A stretch of 64,000 nt of DNA from Smithellaceae bacterium (GTDB lineage: Bacteria > Desulfobacterota > Syntrophia > Syntrophales > Smithellaceae). Of the stretch, positions 58,397 to 64,000 are shown piece after piece (within the stretch, counting starts at the first letter, position 1; each line of letters opens with the position of its first letter). The DNA lies in assembly GCA_035416785.1 (NCBI GenBank), contig DAOLNX010000001.1, forward strand, positions 9,790 through 73,789. The letters run 5' to 3'. The translations under genes and the position numbers were made by a program. Under the pieces are notes generated by a model, which made no database searches, was not told where the DNA came from, and worked only from the letters and a program-made list of their open reading frames with translations.

Positions 58397-59959
58397 TTAT
58401 CCCTTAGGCTTGCCGGCCGGTTGTGTGACCTGCTTTTGGGAAGTATGGTCTTTCCCGGAATAATAGTTGCTCCACGATGAGGTTTGGTGCAGATCCCAGT
58501 TGCACGGAGGAACGATGTTGTTCTCCAGTTGCCTTTCCTCTTGATGATTCTTTAATCTGGCGTATGCCCGAACGTATATACATTGCCTTTTCCCGGGATA
58601 AACTTCGCACCATCCCTGAAAGCTTCCGCCACAGGGGCCGTTGCGTTGCTTCTTGGGACACTGCGACATCGGACACAGATAGGCTGTGTCGATCAAAGCG
58701 CAGTCTCCACAGTCCTGACAATCAAAAAGAAGAACTTTGGTTAAATGCTCCATTTTATGTAAAGGATTTTCTAAACGGGTTTTCCGGACCTTGTTGAAAA
58801 ACTTCTGAGAAGTACCGTAGAGTTTTTTCCCCGGTTCGAACATCAGTGCATGAAAAAAACGTGAAACTTCGTATGAATAGGGAACCGGGGAATCAAGCGG
58901 CCGCTTCTGACGCTCTGTCGGGGTTTCCCGATTGAGTCCCGTTACCGGATCTTTTTCGAAAAAGTAGAAGCCTCCGTCTACAGGATAATCAAAAAAACGA
59001 AGCAGATCGGGCCATTGGGACACAAGATCTTCTCCCTGCCGGATAATGGTTTCCACCTGTTCATATGCGATATTATGTCCGCCGATGTGAACACCGTTGT
59101 ATCCCATTCCTTTAAGAATGGCGTACATGCGGGCGGCGCGCAGCATTCTGGCTTCTTCTCCCTTATCAGGTTCTGTGCGCTCCCGGTCGATTTCTGCAAG
59201 AAGTTGATCTGTGACAACGGATCCAGGCAGATCATTGCGGTTCATCATTTTGGCTGCGCCATAAGGGAGAATGTAAATATTACCGATCAGAGGAATCTTG
59301 AGACCGTTAAATTTCAGGAAAAGAAGAAGTTCATGAAATTTTCTTGCGTCATACCCCAGCTGTGTGACAATGAACTGTGCTCCCGCGTCAATCTTCTTCA
59401 TTAATTTATAATATTGACCTATCAATTCCGCTTCCGTCGTCTTGAAGGGGGATACGACGGCTCCGGCAAAGAAATCGAAGGGTTTTTGCCGGACCATGCC
59501 CCTGATACTCTGAAATTCAAGGCCACGGTTCATTTCCGTAATTAATTGAAGGACATGAATGGGGTCCAGATCAAAAACCGGATGGGGTCTTCCCTGGTAA
59601 CCGGAGACGGGATAATCGCCCGTCATAATTAGAAGATTTTTTATTCCGGCACGGGCCAGGGCGTATAGCTGACTTTCAATGGCGTTGCGGTTTCTGTCTT
59701 TACATGTCAGATGCACAAGAGGTTCAATGTCCAGCCGGACAATTTCGCTTCCCATGAAATCTGCAGACATCGCCGGGGATCCTCCGGGATTGTCTGTGAG
59801 TGTCAGTGCATGAATCCGTCCACCCGCAGCCGCCTGTCCGGCCAGCGCGATGGCCTTGTCCTGTGCCGCTTCTTTCGCACCTCTTCCCGGCACCAACTCC
59901 CAGGTAACGGAAAAATTTTCATTACGTAATAATGTTTCTTTGAAACGATTGCCTTTCAT
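58397..59959 (-). CDS. metF: Methylenetetrahydrofolate reductase fused to a C-terminal Cys-rich (MetV-like) domain
   Basis: MTHFR core (WELVPGRG...HLTCKD...LLIMTGD) plus a C-terminal CQDCGDCALIDTAYLCPMSQCPKKQRNGPCGG. Probable start at ATG 59959, though the ORF is open to 60139. Confidence 0.85.
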   Translation of the reverse strand: MKGNRFKETLLRNENFSVTWELVPGRGAKEAAQDKAIALAGQAAAGGRIHALTLTDNPGGSPAMSADFMGSEIVRLDIEPLVHLTCKDRNRNAIESQLYALARAGIKNLLIMTGDYPVSGYQGRPHPVFDLDPIHVLQLITEMNRGLEFQSIRGMVRQKPFDFFAGAVVSPFKTTEAELIGQYYKLMKKIDAGAQFIVTQLGYDARKFHELLLFLKFNGLKIPLIGNIYILPYGAAKMMNRNDLPGSVVTDQLLAEIDRERTEPDKGEEARMLRAARMYAILKGMGYNGVHIGGHNIAYEQVETIIRQGEDLVSQWPDLLRFFDYPVDGGFYFFEKDPVTGLNRETPTERQKRPLDSPVPYSYEVSRFFHALMFEPGKKLYGTSQKFFNKVRKTRLENPLHKMEHLTKVLLFDCQDCGDCALIDTAYLCPMSQCPKKQRNGPCGGSFQGWCEVYPGKRQCIYVRAYARLKNHQEERQLENNIVPPCNWDLHQTSSWSNYYSGKDHTSQKQVTQPAGKPKG

Positions 59960-60150
59960 GAAAAACGATATCCAGCCTTTCTTCTCAATAGGTTGAAACT
60001 TGCATTTACCTCTGGCCTTGTCAACAGATAACATCAATGTGATTGATTTTCTATAGCTACACCAATAGACAAATGAACCGGTAACCACGCTCAAGGCGTT
60101 ACTGAGCATGATTCTGTTTATTAATTTGTTGATTAGCACAAGGAGACGTT

Positions 60151-60707
60151 ATGAAAAAAACGTGGAGCGGATTCACTTGGTTTCTGGTGGCTTTATCGGT
60201 CATGTTGCTTTCTCTGGATGAGCCGGCCAGGGAGTAAAGCTATCAGTATGTCACCCAGCGGGGAACAAGGGGTGATGGAGACGGACAATTTGAGTCGCCC
60301 CGAGGCATTGCCGTGGATACCTCCGGCAATGTTTATAACCGGATTCAGAAGTTTTCTCTTGCTGAAAACGAAAAAAGCGGATGTTTAATCGCAACTGCCG
60401 CCTCTGGTTCCCATCTTCATCCGTGTTTGCAGATTCTCTGTCAGTGCCGGGATGATGTCATCAAAAAGGCCGTTTCGGTAAAATATTGGTTGACTGGTAC
60501 TACCGGGTGTCTCCTGGTGCTGACAAAGTTATCGAAAACGATTATGTTGCCAAAGCTGTTGTTCGCACGGTGCTTCTCCCGGCCATCGGTTTTGGCTACC
60601 TGTGCCTGAAGGTGTGGGTGTTTCCGGCTTTGCTGATGCTGATGATTTTGGGGATTATTGTAGGAATGGGTACCGTAAAAATTTATAGTGACCGGAAAAT
60701 GCGATGA
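60151..60707 (+). pseudogene. Decayed secreted NHL-repeat protein with GCLIATAA-type C-terminal domain
   Basis: AGGAGA ribosome-binding site, ATG, and a 28-aa signal-like peptide. An in-frame TAA follows at 60235. Then come one NHL repeat (GDGDGQFESPRGIAVDTSGNVY..RIQKF) and GCLIATAASGS. The frame then shifts at the A5 run 60463-60467 into GRFGKILVDWYYRVSP... Confidence 0.65.
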
Positions 60708-60755
60708 ATTTCTGAGAGACGGACCGGGAATAGCTTTCTCTGAGCAACGGCTGAG

Positions 60756-61472
60756 CTACAGACGCCGCCATTTCAGCCGGGCCCGAACGCGAGTCTCATC
60801 GAACCATTCAGGGGGAATATCGGCCGGCTCATAGGTCTTGCCGAGGTTTTCGATCTCCAGCGGCAGGTTGAGAGCCCGGGCGACTCGGGCCCCCACATGC
60901 TGGGCCTGGTCTTCAAACATTGCCGCATTAATCATGGGAGTGGTGTAGAAGAAGAAACGGGAATTTCGCGGCTTTTCCGGAGGATAGCCGATCACGGTGA
61001 GGAGTGCTTCCTGTCCTTTCATGCACCAGACGGGATAGGCTTCGTCGGCCACGAAAGCGGTTGAGGAATCAGGAGCGATGGCCAGCTTTATCATTCCCAC
61101 CTTGATGCGGTCCGTTCCTTCCAGACGGTGATTCCTGGTTAGAAAGGAAATGCGTCCGAAGAGCTTCCAGGACACCGTAGCTTCGGGCCGCTGTGAGGAG
61201 AAGATGATGACCCGCTCCAGGAATCCCAGGACAATGCCGCCGGTGAAAATGATGGAAAAGGAGAGCAGGAGTTCGGGAGACTGTCCTCCCTGATTGGCTA
61301 AGATGAGCCAGGCCAGCGGTGCGGCCAAGAGCAGGCTAAGACCGGCGAGTCCCAGTCGGAGTTTCCGGAAGGGAGGACGGATGATCAAATCCCTGATAAC
61401 CGGGCAAGTGTGCGAGTGACCTCCGTCTTTCCCGGCGGAATCCATTGTTATGTCTGTTTTATTCTGAACCAT
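60756..61472 (-). CDS. Hypothetical membrane protein
   Basis: 238-aa ORF with two predicted hydrophobic helices (LGLAGLSLLLAAPLAWLIL, LLLSFSIIFTGGIVLGFL). No recognisable motif. Confidence 0.45.
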   Translation of the reverse strand: MVQNKTDITMDSAGKDGGHSHTCPVIRDLIIRPPFRKLRLGLAGLSLLLAAPLAWLILANQGGQSPELLLSFSIIFTGGIVLGFLERVIIFSSQRPEATVSWKLFGRISFLTRNHRLEGTDRIKVGMIKLAIAPDSSTAFVADEAYPVWCMKGQEALLTVIGYPPEKPRNSRFFFYTTPMINAAMFEDQAQHVGARVARALNLPLEIENLGKTYEPADIPPEWFDETRVRARLKWRRL

Positions 61473-61603
61473 CCGTTTTCCTATTCTGGATTGGTTATGG
61501 GGTGCGTCTATGACGAACAGGCCCTTCGGGATCCGGAAGTCCCGAAACCGGTATCTTCTGAAAAAGCTGCTTCCCCGTTACTTCAAGTAGATCGGGGCAT
61601 TCA

Positions 61604-62662
61604 TCAACTTTGTCTTGCGCCAGCAATCATGTCGATGTGCGCCTTGTCAATGGTCATCGGATTGCAGGAGGTCATGCTGCCGATACCTTTGACAAAGAGA
61701 CGCTGATACTCCTTCGGACGCAGGCCGGTGTGCCGCTGGAAGATCTTCCGAAAGGAGCTGATGTCTTCGTATCCCACATGATAGGTGACTTCTTCAAAGG
61801 TTGTATAGGGTTTTTCCAATAGAGCCTTCGCGGCATTGATCCGCACCTTCTGCAGATAGACGAGTGGAGAGCTTCCCGTTGCCTGCTTGAAACGACGCTC
61901 TAAGGTGCGATGACTCATGGCGTATCTTTCGGCAAGCATGGAAATAGTGATGCCCTCCCTGTAATTCTCCTCGATCCACCGCTGGATGGCTAGGATATCC
62001 TGCTCGTGATGGCTTTTCGGGAACTGGACAGCCGCATAAGGGGCCTGGGTGGAGCGACCAAAGTCTTGGATCATCGCTTTTGCACACTGTACCGCAACCT
62101 CACGGCTGCTTAGCTTTTCTATAAGATAAAATGACAGGTCATTGAAGGAGTTTGAACCGCCTGAACAGTAAAGATCCCCTTCGTCCGTCAACATCGCCTC
62201 CGGCCTGAGATGCACAAGAGGATATCTGCTGCGGAATAGATCGATAAATCCCCAGTGGGTCGTGGCTGTTTTTCCATCCAGGAGTCCTGTTTCGGCAAGC
62301 AGAAATGCACCGGTGCAGATACTGGCGATCTGGACCCCCGATCGATATTGCTGTTTCAACCAGTCAAGAACTTCTCCATTTCTTTCGATGACCCTTCTGA
62401 CATCACCCGTAATGGCGGAAATGATAATCAAATCTGTTCCTGTCACTTCATGAATGGCACAATGGGGTTTGATATAGAGCCGATTGGCACATTTCACTCC
62501 TTTGCCGTCCGGCGAGGCGACAATAACCTCGAAACAGGGAGAAGCTTGTTCGCCGCAGGCAATATTCCAGAGAACACCGGCAAAAAGGAAAGCATCCATG
62601 GGGCCGGTTATGCTGGATGCCTGGGCGCCGCGCAATGCGAGAATGGTCACTTTCTTCATCAT
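61604..62662 (-). CDS. GlxA-family regulator (DJ-1/PfpI domain + AraC-type HTH)
   Basis: The nucleophile-elbow-like IASICTGAFLLAETGLLDG is followed by a C-terminal AraC HTH (ISMLAERYAMSHRTLERRFKQATG...GYEDISSFRKIFQRHTG). Confidence 0.88.
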   Translation of the reverse strand: MMKKVTILALRGAQASSITGPMDAFLFAGVLWNIACGEQASPCFEVIVASPDGKGVKCANRLYIKPHCAIHEVTGTDLIIISAITGDVRRVIERNGEVLDWLKQQYRSGVQIASICTGAFLLAETGLLDGKTATTHWGFIDLFRSRYPLVHLRPEAMLTDEGDLYCSGGSNSFNDLSFYLIEKLSSREVAVQCAKAMIQDFGRSTQAPYAAVQFPKSHHEQDILAIQRWIEENYREGITISMLAERYAMSHRTLERRFKQATGSSPLVYLQKVRINAAKALLEKPYTTFEEVTYHVGYEDISSFRKIFQRHTGLRPKEYQRLFVKGIGSMTSCNPMTIDKAHIDMIAGARQS

Positions 62663-62745
62663 CGCCTCCTCTGGTAACTATGTCGTTAATCCCCTCTTTT
62701 TTGTCAATTATGCCACTTCTGTTTTCCTAATGCAAGGGATAGGAT

Positions 62746-63180
62746 GTGAGCCAAGAAAAAAATGAGGAGGAAAAAAACATGATGACAAAAGATGAAGCAA
62801 GAGAGTTTGCCTCCCGCTGGCTTCCGGCATGGACCGGAAACAACCCGGAGAAGCTAGCTGCCTTCTATGCCGACGATGCCCTGTACTCCGATCACCTCGT
62901 TCCAAAAGGTGTTATCGGCAAAGTGAAGATCTTGGCACACTTCCGCAAATTGCTGGGGCAGAATCCCGAATGGGTATGGACGCTCATTGAGGCAATTCCC
63001 ATGGAAGGCGGATTCCTCTGCAAGTGGTTGGCTAGGATACCCGTGGTGCAAAAGGTTGTTCAGGTCATCGGGGTTTGACTGGTCCAGTTTGATGATCTCG
63101 GGAAGATCAGACGCAATGAGGTGTATTTTGATCCCCGTGAAGTTGTGGCGGAGATCATGCGGTATCAAAAGCAAAGATGA
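62746..63180 (+). pseudogene. NTF2/SnoaL-like protein interrupted by one in-frame TGA
   Basis: The frame reads ...IPVVQKVVQVIGV-TGA(63076)-LVQFDDLGKIRRNEVYFDPREVVAEIMRYQKQR*. Both halves together (from ATG 62779) give a normal ~133-aa NTF2-like protein. Confidence 0.55.
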
Positions 63181-63192
63181 AACACGGGAAGC

Positions 63193-63342
63193 ATGTATCA
63201 CTATTTTACGAATAAAGAGCAACTAGCGGCGGTGGTTCTGGAAGGAATTGCCGATTATCAAGCAGTATTCATGGAAGAACTGGATCATCATGAAGACGTC
63301 CAAAATAGCATCTTGGCCGTTATTCAAAACTGTCTGAAGTGA
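63193..63342 (+). pseudogene. TetR-family regulator fragment lacking the N-terminal HTH
   Basis: NTGSMYHYFTNKEQLAAVVLEGI matches the end of the TetR HTH (S.GTLYHYF.SKE.L). The preceding ~45 aa are missing and the ORF stops after 49 aa. Confidence 0.4.
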
Positions 63343-63489
63343 GTCGAACAGTATCCCGATTGATTCCGGTTCCTTTTCCAGAAACGGTACGCGGAATTCA
63401 TCGGGGAAAGAAAAGAGGAACAGAATCGACTGAATGCCTTTTTCAAGCTAATTCTTGCAGTTGATGGAGAAATTTGTTAATTCTTCTGC

Positions 63490-64000
63490 ATGTTTCGTCA
63501 AAAAGTAAATATTCTATGGCAATTATGGGCTTATCTGGTGATTCTGATCGTTGGCACGGGTCCGTCAGAATGTTTTGCCGTTACGGAAATATCCAATGTC
63601 CGTTACTGGACAGCGCCCGACCAGACACGCATCGTATTTGATTTAAGCAAAGAGCCGGACTATCAGTTTCAGATCAAGGAAAATGAAATTCGTCTGGTTT
63701 TTTTCAACGCTTCTTTATCCCCGTCCCTGCCAGTCGAAAAAAAAATCAGAAAACCGGGTGTCCATAAGATTCTCTTCAAATCTACGGAAGATCATACCTG
63801 TAAAATCAAAATCATCTTGAGTGGCCATTCAACAGCTGAAGTCTTTAAGCTGAAAAAATTCATGGAAAAGCCGGACCGGGTGGTTGTCGATATTGTTCCG
63901 GAAGAGGCTGAAATGAAAAAAACATCCAGGGAACAGAAGCCTGCAACCAGAAAAAAAAGGATTATTGTTGTAGATCCCGGACATGGTGGAGAGGATCCTG
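63490..64000 (+). CDS. amiC: N-acetylmuramoyl-L-alanine amidase with AMIN domain (3' end outside window)
   Basis: Signal peptide, AMIN-domain sequence VRYWTAPDQTRIVFDL...IRLVFFNA, then the start of the Amidase_3 domain IIVVDPGHGGEDP. The frame stays open to the window end. Confidence 0.85.
   Translation, partial: MFRQKVNILWQLWAYLVILIVGTGPSECFAVTEISNVRYWTAPDQTRIVFDLSKEPDYQFQIKENEIRLVFFNASLSPSLPVEKKIRKPGVHKILFKSTEDHTCKIKIILSGHSTAEVFKLKKFMEKPDRVVVDIVPEEAEMKKTSREQKPATRKKRIIVVDPGHGGEDP

Noticed and set aside
63079-63140. Confident selenocysteine (SECIS) call for the in-frame TGA
   Set aside because: Only a 6-bp hairpin is available and I know of no precedent for this protein family. It is kept as a low-probability alternative in the findings, not as a feature.

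Overview
The gene content suggests a chromosomal segment from an anaerobic deltaproteobacterium (Desulfobacterota). This is a taxonomic guess based only on a MetF-MetV fusion, many B12/radical-SAM genes and sigma-54 regulation. Bases 1-14.2 kb are core housekeeping genes: atpAGDC, greA, moaA, smc, ftsY and ftcD. Bases 14.3-38.3 kb hold the main accessory system, a large aryl-polyene/flexirubin-type (type-II-FAS-like) lipid-pigment cluster. It has the standard parts: KS/CLF pair, extra KS, ACP, KR, DH, thioesterase, acyltransferase, GT2, LolA-like carrier, lipoprotein and MMPL exporter. It also carries unusual additions: a B12-radical-SAM enzyme, a Dak2(DhaL)-DegV fusion, an MIO ammonia-lyase, an exporter-methyltransferase fusion, a J-domain protein and an embedded reverse-strand two-component operon. 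The cluster is interrupted by a small insertion (a cNMP-binding gene plus a decayed ParE toxin-antitoxin pair). It is also punctuated by four arrays of a degenerate 7-nt tandem repeat placed directly after stop codons. Bases 38.4-45 kb carry regulators (PAS-LuxR, PilZ), a Cys-rich mini-protein followed by a B12-radical-SAM gene, an MFS transporter and a radical-SAM gene remnant. Bases 45.05-56.45 kb are bracketed by a perfect 637-bp direct repeat. Each repeat copy is a complete sigma-54-promoter/small-secreted-protein/terminator cassette. The bracketed DNA includes tRNA-Arg, a four-blade hemopexin-repeat protein, a LIV-type ABC transporter, an adenylating enzyme, rho and rpmE. Bases 56.4-64 kb hold the XylR/V4R-type sigma-54 activator, a second tRNA-Arg, MTHFR, a GlxA regulator, several decayed genes (NHL, NTF2 with in-frame TGA, TetR fragment) and a partial amidase. 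I found no CRISPR array, transposase, integrase or rRNA. All calls come from reading translations and motifs by eye; no database search was run.
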